57,952 nucleotides of DNA, taken from the NCBI GenBank assembly GCA_031371345.1, contig JANMJM010000285.1, positions 1 through 57,952 of the forward strand, read 5' to 3'. Below, piece after piece: positions 18,808 through 28,535 of the stretch. The number at the start of each line of letters is the position of its first letter. Within the stretch, counting starts at the first letter, position 1. This DNA is from Vicinamibacteria bacterium. GTDB lineage: Bacteria > Acidobacteriota > Vicinamibacteria > Vicinamibacterales > JAMQPK01. The position numbers and the translations under genes were made by a program. The notes beneath the pieces were generated by a model, which did no database searches, was not told where the DNA came from, and was given only the letters and a program-made list of their open reading frames with translations.

Positions 18808-19983
18808 TCAGGGCGCTGCGGATCCCACACCGAGTCCCGTGTACGTGAACTTCTGCACGCGCTTGCCTTCGTAGGTTTCCGTAATAAACAGGTCGCCCTT
18901 CGCATTCACCGCGAGATTGTGCGCGCCATAAAACTGGCCGGCCCAATGGCCGGCGCCGCCGAACGTGCTCACGACCTCGAGCGTTTGGCGGTCGATGACA
19001 TAGATGAGCTGATTCGTCCCGTCGTTGACGAACAGAAATGCCTGCTGAGGATCGGTCGAGAAACCGACATCCCACACTGAACCGCTGCCGAACGTGTCCT
19101 TCGCGATGATGGCTTCGCGCACAAAACTCCCGTCTTTCCGGAACACCTGCAAACGATCGTTGGTCCTGTCGCACACATACACGAGGCCATCCTTCGAGAT
19201 GCGCACCGCGTGGACGATGCGGAACTGCGGCGCGGGCGGACTCTTGGGATCGTATTGGCTCGGCCGGTTCTCGTTCTGAACCGCGCCGGCGAACGGCCCA
19301 GGCAGCTTCTCGCCGGCGCGCGTAAACCACCCATCGTCCGGCCGATTTCCATAGGCGCCCCAGTGCCGCTTGTAGGCGCCGGTTGCGGCGTCGAACACGA
19401 TGACGCGGTGGTTGAGGTAACCGTCCGCGACGTACAACTCGTTGGCCGGCGCGTCGAGTATCACGTGGGCCGGCGCGCCAAGGTTCTCCGTATCATTGCT
19501 GCCACGCCCTTTACCCTGATGCCCGATCTGCATCAAGAACCGACCGGCCCGTGTGAACTTGAGAATCTGCGCGTCCTTCTCGCCGCCCGCCGCCAGCCAC
19601 ACGTTGTCGTTGTCGTCAACGAAGATGCCGTGCTCGAGCTGGGGCCATTCATACCCCGCCCCGGGTCCGCCCCACGCCGACAACATGGTGCCGTCGACGT
19701 CGAACTCGAGAACCGGCGGCGCCGCCTTCCAGACGGATCGCGTCTCGTTCGGTTGAAGCGTCGAGGGGCGGTGAACAATCCAGACGTGGTCGTGCTTATC
19801 GACGGCGACACCCGCGACCGCGCCGATGATCCAGTGATTGGGCAGCGGCTTGGGCCACATGGGATCGACGCGAAACGTCGGCACTCGCGGACGCCCCGAC
19901 GTTCGTTGAGCGCTCGACGACGTTCCAATCGTCAGCGCGAGGGACACCACAAGAAGTACAAAGGCAGATCCGTTTAGGCCCAT
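18808..19983 (-). CDS. Exported NHL-repeat beta-propeller (peptidyl-alpha-hydroxyglycine lyase-like)
   Basis: F.VDP.WPKPLP, GVAVD..DHVW..HRP, HGIFVD, LYVADGY.N.RVIVFD, VYVCDR.NDR.QVF, HNLAV..KGDLF..ET. Confidence 0.85.
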   Translation of the reverse strand: MGLNGSAFVLLVVSLALTIGTSSSAQRTSGRPRVPTFRVDPMWPKPLPNHWIIGAVAGVAVDKHDHVWIVHRPSTLQPNETRSVWKAAPPVLEFDVDGTMLSAWGGPGAGYEWPQLEHGIFVDDNDNVWLAAGGEKDAQILKFTRAGRFLMQIGHQGKGRGSNDTENLGAPAHVILDAPANELYVADGYLNHRVIVFDAATGAYKRHWGAYGNRPDDGWFTRAGEKLPGPFAGAVQNENRPSQYDPKSPPAPQFRIVHAVRISKDGLVYVCDRTNDRLQVFRKDGSFVREAIIAKDTFGSGSVWDVGFSTDPQQAFLFVNDGTNQLIYVIDRQTLEVVSTFGGAGHWAGQFYGAHNLAVNAKGDLFITETYEGKRVQKFTYTGLGVGSAAP

Positions 19984-20004
19984 AAACCATCACTATACCG
20001 TGGG

Positions 20005-20601
20005 TTAACGCACCGGTTTCGGTGGGCTCGCCAGATAGTTCCTGGATTCCGCCTCGCTCTTGTTCGGCGTCACTTTGTCGGGATCAATCCGCACCATGAG
20101 ATACACGATGTGATCGTCGATCCTCGTGAACCAATGTCCGGTCCCAGCGGGAATGATGACGACATCGCCAGGCTTCAGCGTGTAGGACACGCCATTGCGG
20201 ATCGAGGTGCCGTTGTTGCCTGGACCGTTGAACAGTCGAACGGTTTCGAGATCGGCGGGCCGCCGTTTCATGCCGACGATATCGGGGCCGAGCATCAGCG
20301 TCGCTGTGCCTTCGATGACATGGTAGAGCTCGCTGACCAGATCGTGCTCGGCGACCGATGCGTCGGCGGGTTTCTCCAGTTTTCCCCGGTAGACCACCCC
20401 GACGTCGAGATTGATCTTGCCGATGTCGACCGCACGCATCTGCTGATCGGTGAGGTTGTTATCCGTCGCGCGTTTGATATACGCCCGAACCTCTTCGTTG
20501 GGGATGTACGTCCCGGGGCAGTTCACGCACGTCGGTTGCTGGGCCCAGAGTGGCGACAGCCCGAGCACGACGCCCGCCAAACTCAGCATTGTTCTGCGCA
20601 T
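20005..20601 (-). CDS. Exported cupin-fold protein
   Basis: Signal peptide; EH..VSE.YHVIEG and LKPGDVVIIPAGTGHWF cupin motifs; ATG 20601 after AAGGAGAG. Confidence 0.8.
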   Translation of the reverse strand: MRRTMLSLAGVVLGLSPLWAQQPTCVNCPGTYIPNEEVRAYIKRATDNNLTDQQMRAVDIGKINLDVGVVYRGKLEKPADASVAEHDLVSELYHVIEGTATLMLGPDIVGMKRRPADLETVRLFNGPGNNGTSIRNGVSYTLKPGDVVIIPAGTGHWFTRIDDHIVYLMVRIDPDKVTPNKSEAESRNYLASPPKPVR

Positions 20602-20704
20602 CTGTCTCTCCTTGTTGAGGGGCGCCAAGTATACAAAACTGCACGCAAACAGGCGTGAGCCGCTTCGGGGGCATTTTTCGCATCTGGGGGTGAGGTGCTC
20701 TGAC

Positions 20705-21667
20705 ATGACGGCCCCCGTGAACCTTCGCCCGGCACTTGATCGGGTTCGGCGATCGGCGGCGGCTCTGGCCGCGGCCGCCGCGCTCTCGGGCTGCGCCACC
20801 GTCAATACTCTCGCCGTCAAGGGAGTCGCGAGCACATTGTCCGAGGGCGGCGACACCGTCACGTCGCACGACGATCCGGAGCTCGTGGCGGCCGCGATGC
20901 CCTTCGCCTTGATGCTGCACGAATCGCTGCTGGCCTCGGTTCCCAGTTACGAGCCGCTCCTCACCACCACGTGCAGCCTGTTCACCCAGTACGCGTTCGG
21001 GTTTGTCGCGGCCGACGCAGAAGCCTTGCAGCGCGACAACTACGACCGTTCGAAGGAGCTGAGCGACCGTGCGTTCAAGCTCGCCGACCGCGGCCGCAAC
21101 TATTGCTGGCGCGGACTCGAAGTGAAGTTCCGCGGCATCACGCAGGCGCTCAAGACCGATGCGCCCCGCGCGCTTGCGCCAGCGAAAAAGGAACACGTCG
21201 CGCTCCTCTATTGGTCGGCAGCCTCACTCGGAGCGGCCATCTCGGCCGGCGGGCTCGATCATCCCGAGCTCTTGATCGACTGGCCGGTCGTTCGCGCGCT
21301 CGCCGAACGGGCGCTCGCGCTGGACGAGACATGGAACAACGGCGCCCTTCCCGAATTGATGATTACCGTCGAAAGCCAGGGCGACGCACTCGGTGGCTCG
21401 GAAGACCGTGCACGCCGGCACTTCGCCCGCGCCGTCGACATTCAACGCGGCTTGTCCCCCAGCCCCTACGTCGCGCTGGCGACTGGTGTGGTGAAATCCA
21501 AACAAGACCGCGATGAGTTTGCCCGGCTCCTCCGGCAAGCGCTGGCAATCGATCCCTCGAACGATCCGAGTCATCGTCTTGTGACGTTGATCACGCAGAA
21601 GCGCGCGCGGTTGTTACTCGAGCGCATTGACGACCTCTTCCTGGAATCGAGTCCGACCCCTAAATGA
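20705..21667 (+). CDS. tatT: TRAP transporter TatT component (TPR-like lipoprotein)
   Basis: Lipobox LSGC; DDPELV..A.PFAL...ESLL, QYA.GFV, YW.AA..G.AI, RALALDE, GG....AR.HF.RA; directly upstream of dctP. Confidence 0.85.
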   Translation: MTAPVNLRPALDRVRRSAAALAAAAALSGCATVNTLAVKGVASTLSEGGDTVTSHDDPELVAAAMPFALMLHESLLASVPSYEPLLTTTCSLFTQYAFGFVAADAEALQRDNYDRSKELSDRAFKLADRGRNYCWRGLEVKFRGITQALKTDAPRALAPAKKEHVALLYWSAASLGAAISAGGLDHPELLIDWPVVRALAERALALDETWNNGALPELMITVESQGDALGGSEDRARRHFARAVDIQRGLSPSPYVALATGVVKSKQDRDEFARLLRQALAIDPSNDPSHRLVTLITQKRARLLLERIDDLFLESSPTPK

Positions 21668-21688
21668 ACGTCCGTGGAGGCATGAACC

Positions 21689-22708
21689 ATGCTGGCAACG
21701 ATCCGATATCAGCTCGCCATCGCGCTCACGATCGCCGCGTCCGTGTCGGTCGGCGCACAGGCGCCCGTCAACATCCGTCTCGCCACACTGGCGCCAGACA
21801 ATTCGCCGTGGACGAGCGCGCTCCGGTCGATGGGCACATCCTGGGAAAAAGCGACCGATAGGCGCGTGCGGCTCACTGTGTATGCCGGCACGATTCCCAG
21901 CGAATCATCGGCCATCGCCCGCATGGCGGTCGACGGCCTTCAAGCCGCCACGCTGATGGTGGCCGGCCTCGCCGAGATCGACGAAGCGTTCAACGTGTTC
22001 GGTATCCCGTTCTTTTTCGAATCGGACGCCGAGCTGGCGTACGTCGAGCAGAAACTCACGCCGCTCATCCAGGAACGTCTGCGCGCCAAGCACTATCACC
22101 TCGTGAACTGGGGCAACGCGGGTTGGATCCAATTGTTTTCGAAGAAACCGATTCGGACGCTCGAAGACGTGAAGCAAGCGAAGCTCTACACGACGGAAGG
22201 CAATCCGAAGATGGTGCAGTGGTACACCGCCAATGGGTTCCACGCCGTGCCTCTGTCGGCCGGAGAAATTCCGAAGCAGTTGACGCTGCCGACCGGTGCG
22301 ATCAACGCCGCGCCCATGCCCCCTGTGTATGCCGTCGCGCTGCAGATCTTCAAGGACGCACCCAACATGCTTGATGTCCGCGTGGCTCCTCTTGTGGGAG
22401 CGACGGTGATGACCGACGCCGCGTGGAACAAGATCTCGCCCGAGGATCGCGCGAAACTGGCGGCCGCCGCGATGGCGATGGAACAGCAAATCAACGCGCT
22501 GGCTCCGGAACTCGATGCGAAATCGGTTGCGGCCATGAAAACGGCCGGCCTGCAGATCGTGACGCTCGACACGAAGGCCGTCGCCGAGTTTCGTGCCGCC
22601 GCCGAAGGCCTGGGCGCCAGCCAGCGAGGCGCGATGATTCCTGCGGACGCATTCGACCTGGCGGTTCGCGAGCGCGGGGCGTTCAGGAAGGCGAACCCCG
22701 CGAAATGA
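21689..22708 (+). CDS. dctP: TRAP substrate-binding protein DctP (TatP-type)
   Basis: Signal peptide; IRLATLAP.NSPW, FGIPFFF.S..E, W...GW...FSKKPI.T.ED. Confidence 0.9.
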   Translation: MLATIRYQLAIALTIAASVSVGAQAPVNIRLATLAPDNSPWTSALRSMGTSWEKATDRRVRLTVYAGTIPSESSAIARMAVDGLQAATLMVAGLAEIDEAFNVFGIPFFFESDAELAYVEQKLTPLIQERLRAKHYHLVNWGNAGWIQLFSKKPIRTLEDVKQAKLYTTEGNPKMVQWYTANGFHAVPLSAGEIPKQLTLPTGAINAAPMPPVYAVALQIFKDAPNMLDVRVAPLVGATVMTDAAWNKISPEDRAKLAAAAMAMEQQINALAPELDAKSVAAMKTAGLQIVTLDTKAVAEFRAAAEGLGASQRGAMIPADAFDLAVRERGAFRKANPAK

Positions 22709-24471
22709 CCGAGGACCTCGTTGCCGCGCTCGCCGCGATCGGCATCATGGTCCTGCCTCTGGCTGAAGTCGTTCTGAGGCGCTTTTTCAACACCGGGGTT
22801 CCAGGCGCCGCACCGTTCACCTCGCACCTCACGCTCGTCGTTGGCTTAATCGGCGCATCGATTGCGGCCCGCGAAGGCAAGTTGCTCGCGCTCGCCACCG
22901 GCACAATGGTGCCTGAAGGACGGCCGCGACATCTTGCGGGAATCCTCGCCGCGTTCGTCGCCGCGCTCGTGACGACCATTCTGGCGCTTGGCGGCGTCCG
23001 TCTTCTGCAGGTCCACTACGCGGCTGGGAAGGAAATCGCGCTTGGCGTGCCGACGTGGGCCGCCGATCTCACGTTTCCGATCGCGTTTGGCCTGATCGCC
23101 CTTCGACTCGTATGGAAGTCGTCGCCGAGCATGATCGGTCGTGCGCTGGCCGCACTCGGCATTGTTGCCGGCGCATGGATGTCGACGCACCCGGAACTCC
23201 TGCTCGACCAATCCGGATGGCCGTGGATTGCGATCCTCGTCGGCGCGGCCATTCTCGGTATGCCGATCTACGCGTTGATTGGCGGTGCGGCCGTCATTCT
23301 GTTTCTGGTGCAAGGCGACAGTCCGGCCAACGCCATCATCGGCAGTTACGATCAGCTGACGTCGACCGATCTGCCAGCCATTCCGCTGTTCACGCTTGCC
23401 GGGTTTTTGCTCGCCGAAGGGCGCGCGTCGGATCGGCTGCTGCGCCTTTTTCGCGCGTTCTTTGGCTGGGCGCCGGGTGGTACTGCTGTTGTGACAACGA
23501 TCCTGTGCGCGTTCTTCACGCTCTTAACAGGCGGATCCGGCGTCACGATTCTCGCGCTGGGCGGACTGCTGATGCCCGCACTCATAGCCGACGGCTATAG
23601 CGAACGATTCTCGCTTGGACTGCTCACCGCCGCGGGCTCGCTCGGTTTACTGTTTCCACCGTCGCTCCCCTTGATTCTCTACGGCATTGTCGCGGAGGTT
23701 CCCATCGGCGATCTCTTCATCGGCGGCTTTCTGCCGGGCACGCTCATGCTGGGCGCGCTCGCGGCACTCGGCGTCCGCGAAGGGCTTGTCAACGGCAGCG
23801 CGCGGCGGCCGTTCACGCTCCATGAAGCGATCGGTGCCACATGGTCGGCGAAATGGGAATTACTGTTGCCAGTCGTGATCGTCGTGTCGCTCCTCGCTGG
23901 AGCCACGACGGTTCAGTCGGCCGCACTCGCGGCGTTGTTCACGCTTGTCGTGCAGCGCTTCATCCATCGCGATCTCGCCACGTTCGGCGATCTGCGGCGC
24001 GCCATGAGCCGATCGATTGCGCTCGTGGGAGGGATTCTCGTCATTCTCGCGGTCGCCGTTGGGTTGACGACCTACTTAATCGATGCGCAAGTGCCGGCGC
24101 GTCTGGCGGAGTGGGCCAAGGAGAACATCCATTCGAAATGGGTGTTTCTCCTCGGCCTGAACGCGTTTCTCATCGTCGTGGGCGGCATGATGGATATTTT
24201 TTCGGCCATCATCGTCGTTGTGCCGCTCATCGTACCCATCGCGATGCACTTCCAAGTTCACCCGATCCACCTGGGCATTATCTTCATCGCCAACTCCGAG
24301 CTGGGCTATCTGACTCCGCCGGTCGGCGAGAACCTGTTCGTCGCGTCGTATCGGTTCAACAAGCCCATTCTCGAGCTCGCGCGGGCGATGCTGCCCATGT
24401 ACGTGATTCTGCTCATCGGTGTGCTGCTCATCACGTACCTGCCTTGGCTGACGACGGGCCTCCTGAAATAA
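22705..24471 (+). CDS. dctM: Fused TRAP permease DctQ-DctM
   Basis: 4-TM DctQ-like N-terminus then AIPLFTLAGF.L, TG.SGVTI.ALG, GSLG.LFPPS.P.I.YG, ELGYLTPPVG.NLF. Start ATG 22705 overlaps the dctP stop. Confidence 0.92.
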   Translation: MTEDLVAALAAIGIMVLPLAEVVLRRFFNTGVPGAAPFTSHLTLVVGLIGASIAAREGKLLALATGTMVPEGRPRHLAGILAAFVAALVTTILALGGVRLLQVHYAAGKEIALGVPTWAADLTFPIAFGLIALRLVWKSSPSMIGRALAALGIVAGAWMSTHPELLLDQSGWPWIAILVGAAILGMPIYALIGGAAVILFLVQGDSPANAIIGSYDQLTSTDLPAIPLFTLAGFLLAEGRASDRLLRLFRAFFGWAPGGTAVVTTILCAFFTLLTGGSGVTILALGGLLMPALIADGYSERFSLGLLTAAGSLGLLFPPSLPLILYGIVAEVPIGDLFIGGFLPGTLMLGALAALGVREGLVNGSARRPFTLHEAIGATWSAKWELLLPVVIVVSLLAGATTVQSAALAALFTLVVQRFIHRDLATFGDLRRAMSRSIALVGGILVILAVAVGLTTYLIDAQVPARLAEWAKENIHSKWVFLLGLNAFLIVVGGMMDIFSAIIVVVPLIVPIAMHFQVHPIHLGIIFIANSELGYLTPPVGENLFVASYRFNKPILELARAMLPMYVILLIGVLLITYLPWLTTGLLK

Positions 24472-25629
24472 TTACCGCCTCTGCACACCGACGGTCACCG
24501 CAAACTCACCGCTATTGTCGGGCAGGTGGTCGTCGTTCACGCCGAGATAGACGCGCCCGCTCACGGGAGCGATAATCGATCGTCGGTCGCCGACGAAGAT
24601 GGTTGAGCTGTAGTCGCCAATTCTCGCGAGCAACCCGCCGGCAAGCTGGTTGACAATCGGGGCGTCGGGCGCACGTCGGCCGATGCGCGACCCGGCTGGG
24701 CCCGCAAGATCTTCCCCGTTGTCGCTCATTCGAATCGTGCCGGTTGCGTCGAAGGTGAGCGTGTCGCCTGCCCGCACGTCAACGCCTGTGTCGGTCCACC
24801 GCTGCTGCGCGTTCACGCGGACCGATATCGATGCCACGCTGCCGCCGGGTACAGTGGCGGCACTTGTGGTTGCATCGAACTCGCGCCTCGACAGCACGCC
24901 GTCTCGGTTCACGTCGAGTTGATTAAAGCTCGCATTTGATCCGTGCCATTCGTTTCGCGCGATCGTGCCGTTCCGGTCGTAATCGAGGTCGGCGAACTGA
25001 TCCCACACGTCGCCTGCCGTGTCCTGGCCGCCAACGACTTCGTAGCGGCTAAGCACGCCGTCCCTGTTGCGATCGAGCTGGGTGAACACATTCGCGCCGC
25101 CGTGCCACTCGCTCCGCTCGACCTGCCCGTTGTTGTTCGCATCGAGGTCGTCGAAGCTGTCTCCGCGGTCGTCGTCATAGTCGCCGCCGAGGAATTCCGT
25201 TCTGTCGAGCCTGCCGTCGCCATTGCGATCGACGCGGCGAAACGTTTCGACGTCGTAGTGCCATTCATTCGGCGTGATACTGCGATCGCGGTTGTGGTCG
25301 AGGTTGCTGAAACCCGCAGCCGTCCAGGTGACATAGCGCTCGTACCTGCCGGGCATGTGGTCAGCCTCTTCCTCTTCGATCACCGCGTTGCGCTGCGCGC
25401 CAATCCTGACCTCCTGACCGGACAGCTTGCCGTCGCCATTCCAATCGTGGACCTGAAATGAACGCGCCGAGCCCTGCCATTCATCTTCCGTGATGATGCC
25501 GTCGTGATTTCGGTCCATGGCTTCGAACCGCATGCGCCGAGGCGCAGAGCGGGGTTGGGCCTCGAGGGCCTGTGAAGCAAATGACAACAGTGCGAGGGCC
25601 GATAGTGTCAGTAACGATGCGCGATACAT
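24472..25629 (-). CDS. Exported protein with eight EF-hand loops and a C-terminal LecA/PA-IL-like beta-sandwich
   Basis: Signal peptide; eight DxNxDGxxxxxE-type loops; C-terminal W.DTG.DV.AGD....A.G...GRVYLGVNDD...DNSG.F.V.V. Start ATG 25629 after GGAGG. Confidence 0.8.
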   Translation of the reverse strand: MYRASLLTLSALALLSFASQALEAQPRSAPRRMRFEAMDRNHDGIITEDEWQGSARSFQVHDWNGDGKLSGQEVRIGAQRNAVIEEEEADHMPGRYERYVTWTAAGFSNLDHNRDRSITPNEWHYDVETFRRVDRNGDGRLDRTEFLGGDYDDDRGDSFDDLDANNNGQVERSEWHGGANVFTQLDRNRDGVLSRYEVVGGQDTAGDVWDQFADLDYDRNGTIARNEWHGSNASFNQLDVNRDGVLSRREFDATTSAATVPGGSVASISVRVNAQQRWTDTGVDVRAGDTLTFDATGTIRMSDNGEDLAGPAGSRIGRRAPDAPIVNQLAGGLLARIGDYSSTIFVGDRRSIIAPVSGRVYLGVNDDHLPDNSGEFAVTVGVQRR

Positions 25630-25652
25630 AAAGTCCTCCGGGCGGGGACGAG

Positions 25653-25668
25653 TGCATAACGCGTACCG
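25653..25668 (-). promoter_or_regulatory. Putative sigma-54 promoter of the EF-hand gene
   Basis: Minus strand CGGTACGCGTTATGCA = GG-N10-GC, 24 bp upstream of the ATG. Confidence 0.45.
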
Positions 25669-25675
25669 ATACCGG

Positions 25676-25751
25676 TAGTTGTTGGTTGGTTGGTTGGTTG
25701 GTTGGTGGTGGGGAGACCAACTAACAACTAACAACCAACAACTAATCACTA
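25676..25751. repeat. GTTG/CAAC-type palindromic short-unit repeat element
   Basis: TAGTTG(TTGG)6 left arm; CCAACTAACAACTAACAACCAACAACTA right arm; lies between divergent genes. Confidence 0.85.
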
Positions 25752-25832
25752 TGCCCCTGGTTCCCACTTCGTTTGTTCCCGAATGTTCCAGCCGGCTACG
25801 CCCCGCCCTGACAAACGCCGATAAACCAATGG

Positions 25833-27437
25833 ATGACTCGCAAACCCCTCCGCGCCTTGCTCGTGGAGGATTGCGAAGCTGACGCCGAACTGCTGATTCA
25901 TGAGCTCGAGGCCGGTGGCTACGACGTCATCTTCGAACGGGTAGAGACTGCCGAGGGGCTGCGTGCCGCGCTAGGGCGGCAGCCGTGGGAACTGGTCCTC
26001 TCCGATTACAGCCTGCCCAGTTTCAGTGCTCCCGCCGCGCTCGCCATCGTCCAAGAGCTCTGTCCGGAAATGCCGTTCATCATCGTCTCGGGCACTGTTG
26101 GTGAAGACACGGCCGTCGCCGCGCTGAAAGCAGGAGCGGACGATTTCCTGGTGAAAGGCCGGCTCGTGCGGCTGATCCCGGCCATCGAACGCGAGCTGCG
26201 CGAGGTGAAATTACGCGAGGTCAAAGCGCGCGAGCGCGACGCGCTCGAAGAGCAACTGCGCCAGTCACAGAAGCTCGAGGGACTTGGGCGCTTGGCCGGC
26301 GGTATTGCCCACGACTTCAATAATCTGCTGACGGCGATCATCGGGTACAGCGACATGGTGCTCGACCAGATCGGATCGGACAAGCCCATCAGCAAGGATC
26401 TCGCAGAAATTCGCGACGCCGCCGATCGCGCGGTCTCGCTCACCCGCCAGCTGCTGGCCTTCAGCCGGAAGCAAACGCTGCACGTCGCGACGATGGACCT
26501 GAACGAAATTGTGGCGACGATGCGCGATATGTTGCGGAGGCTGATTAGCGAGGACATCGAAATCTCGCTGCATCTCGCACCGAATCTACCGCTCATCCTC
26601 GCCGACCGCATTCAGATCGAACAAATATTATTGAACCTCGTGACCAACGCCCGCGATGCCATGCCCCGGGGCGGTCACGTGACCATCGAGACGATGCTTG
26701 CCGCGGCGCCCGAAGTGGCCGCCGCGGGTCATCGGCCGACATTAAACACCTACGTGCGTCTGCGCATCAGCGACACCGGTTCCGGCATGGATCTGGAGAC
26801 TCAGTCGCGGATTTTCGAGCCGTTCTTCACGACGAAGGGCGTGGGCGAAGGCACTGGCCTTGGCCTTGCCACTGTTTATGGAGCCACGCAGCAGCTCGGC
26901 GGCCACGTGGCCGTCAGCAGTGAGGTTGGCCACGGCACGACGTTCACGCTGTATTTTCCGGGAGCCATTGAATCTGCTGAGGAGATGGCGCCCGCCGCGC
27001 CCACGCCGAAGACGACAAAAGCGCTCGCAGAGCACCGCGAAGTGGTCCTGGTCGTCGAAGATCAGCGGGCCGTGCGGCAGCTCGTCTCGCGCATGCTTGT
27101 TCGTCACGGTTATACGGTCCTCGAAGCCAGCGGCGCTGCCGAGGCGCTCACGCTGTTCGAACAGCACCGCGCCTCCGTCGATTTGCTTCTCACCGATGTG
27201 GTGATGCCAAAGATGGGAGGACCGGAGTTGGCGAGCCAGCTCTGCGCGCTGAAACCGAGCCTGAGGGCGATCTTTATCTCGGGCTACACGGGCGAAGACA
27301 TTTCGCGGCGCGGACCGCTGGCGCGCAATGCGACGATCGTAGAAAAGCCGTTCACCGCAGCTGCGCTTTTGCAGGCAGTTCGGGATGCTCTCGACACCAA
27401 TGTCGGTGTCCTCTCGCCGGCATTCCATCGTGGGTAA
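25833..27437 (+). CDS. Cytoplasmic hybrid histidine kinase (REC-HisKA-HATPase-REC)
   Basis: N-terminal receiver (LLVED, LSDY.LP); LAGGIAHDFNNLL H box; NLV.NARDAM; DTG.GM, FEPFFTTK..G.GTGLGL; C-terminal receiver (LLLTDVVMP). Confidence 0.95.
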   Translation: MTRKPLRALLVEDCEADAELLIHELEAGGYDVIFERVETAEGLRAALGRQPWELVLSDYSLPSFSAPAALAIVQELCPEMPFIIVSGTVGEDTAVAALKAGADDFLVKGRLVRLIPAIERELREVKLREVKARERDALEEQLRQSQKLEGLGRLAGGIAHDFNNLLTAIIGYSDMVLDQIGSDKPISKDLAEIRDAADRAVSLTRQLLAFSRKQTLHVATMDLNEIVATMRDMLRRLISEDIEISLHLAPNLPLILADRIQIEQILLNLVTNARDAMPRGGHVTIETMLAAAPEVAAAGHRPTLNTYVRLRISDTGSGMDLETQSRIFEPFFTTKGVGEGTGLGLATVYGATQQLGGHVAVSSEVGHGTTFTLYFPGAIESAEEMAPAAPTPKTTKALAEHREVVLVVEDQRAVRQLVSRMLVRHGYTVLEASGAAEALTLFEQHRASVDLLLTDVVMPKMGGPELASQLCALKPSLRAIFISGYTGEDISRRGPLARNATIVEKPFTAAALLQAVRDALDTNVGVLSPAFHRG

Positions 27438-27830
27438 GCTTCTCCATCGCTGGAATAATCTGTCGCTCCGGATCAAGGGCTTTGCTGTAGTGGCGATTCC
27501 ACTGATTCCCCTGTTGACGACAGCCGTGTTGCTCCTCTTCACCGAGCGACAGGAACGAACCGCAGAGTACGCCGGCCGCTCCGATGACACCCGGCGCTTT
27601 GCGTACTGGACCTGAAGATGCCCAAAGTTGATGGCATTGAAGTGTTGAGACAAATCAAGGGCGACAACGCCATGAAACACATCCCGGTCGTCATCCTGAC
27701 CTCGTCGCACGAGGAACAAGATCTGGTGAAGAGCTACGATCTCGGCGTGAACGCCTACGTCGTCAAGCCCGTCGATTTTCAACAGTTCATCGAGGCCGTC
27801 AAGCTGCTCGGAATGAACCTCGGCCGCTAG
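27430..27830 (+). pseudogene. Chimeric relic: first TM of a sensor kinase joined to the C-terminal two-thirds of a single-domain response regulator
   Basis: GTG 27430 gives MGKLLHRWNNLSLRIKGFAVVAIPLIPLL..., then EYAGRSDDT, a one-base shift, then [19 protein letters not shown]...[13 protein letters not shown]...[16 protein letters not shown]. Receiver N-terminus absent. Confidence 0.75.
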
Positions 27831-28453
27831 CGCGAGCCTGAGCGGATCACGCCGGAGGCGCAGAACGCGTCGATGACTTTTACAACCTCGGGCCACACGC
27901 CAGGCATCGCCGATTCAATCGGTGCCATCCGTTGCATTATTTGATCGCGATGAAGGTCGTGCGTGCGCCAACTGCCTCCGCCCGCGTGGGCGTTCTGCAG
28001 CAGTGGCTGAAGACGATCGACGGCATTTGCGAATTTTGCCTCGTGGGTGTCCTGGGCCTCGAACTCCTCCCATAACGATCGAACGTAGTCGCGCTGGTCG
28101 GCCGGCAGCAGTCCGAAGATGCGCGCGGCGGCCGCTCGCTCTCTGTGTACTTTTGTTTCAATCCCGACGGCGTCGTAGGCGAATGTATCGCCCGCATCGA
28201 TTTCCACGAGGTCGTGGACGGCGGCCATTTCGAGCACGCGGAAGAGATCCAGATCGGCGCCGGCGTACTCGCGCATGACCATCGCCACGAGCACCAGATG
28301 CCACGAATGCTCGGCCGAGTTCTCCAGGCGGGACGCGTCGACGAGCGGCGTGCGGCGGAGAATGCCCTTCAGCTTGTCGGCTTCGACCAGAAACGCGATC
28401 TGCTGCGCGAGCCGCCCGCCAGGCCCCGTATCCTTATCTGTAGGGAACGACAT
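27827..28453 (-). CDS. HD-domain phosphohydrolase (HD_3, 5'-deoxynucleotidase-like)
   Basis: [46 protein letters not shown]. Start likely ATG 28453. Confidence 0.9.
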   Translation of the reverse strand: MSFPTDKDTGPGGRLAQQIAFLVEADKLKGILRRTPLVDASRLENSAEHSWHLVLVAMVMREYAGADLDLFRVLEMAAVHDLVEIDAGDTFAYDAVGIETKVHRERAAAARIFGLLPADQRDYVRSLWEEFEAQDTHEAKFANAVDRLQPLLQNAHAGGGSWRTHDLHRDQIMQRMAPIESAMPGVWPEVVKVIDAFCASGVIRSGSR

Positions 28454-28535
28454 CGGCGAGCATTGTACGCTTTCGTCACTCGCCGCGCCGAATGCTTCGG
28501 TCATCCATGTGTTATGCTCGCGATGGCGCATCGGT

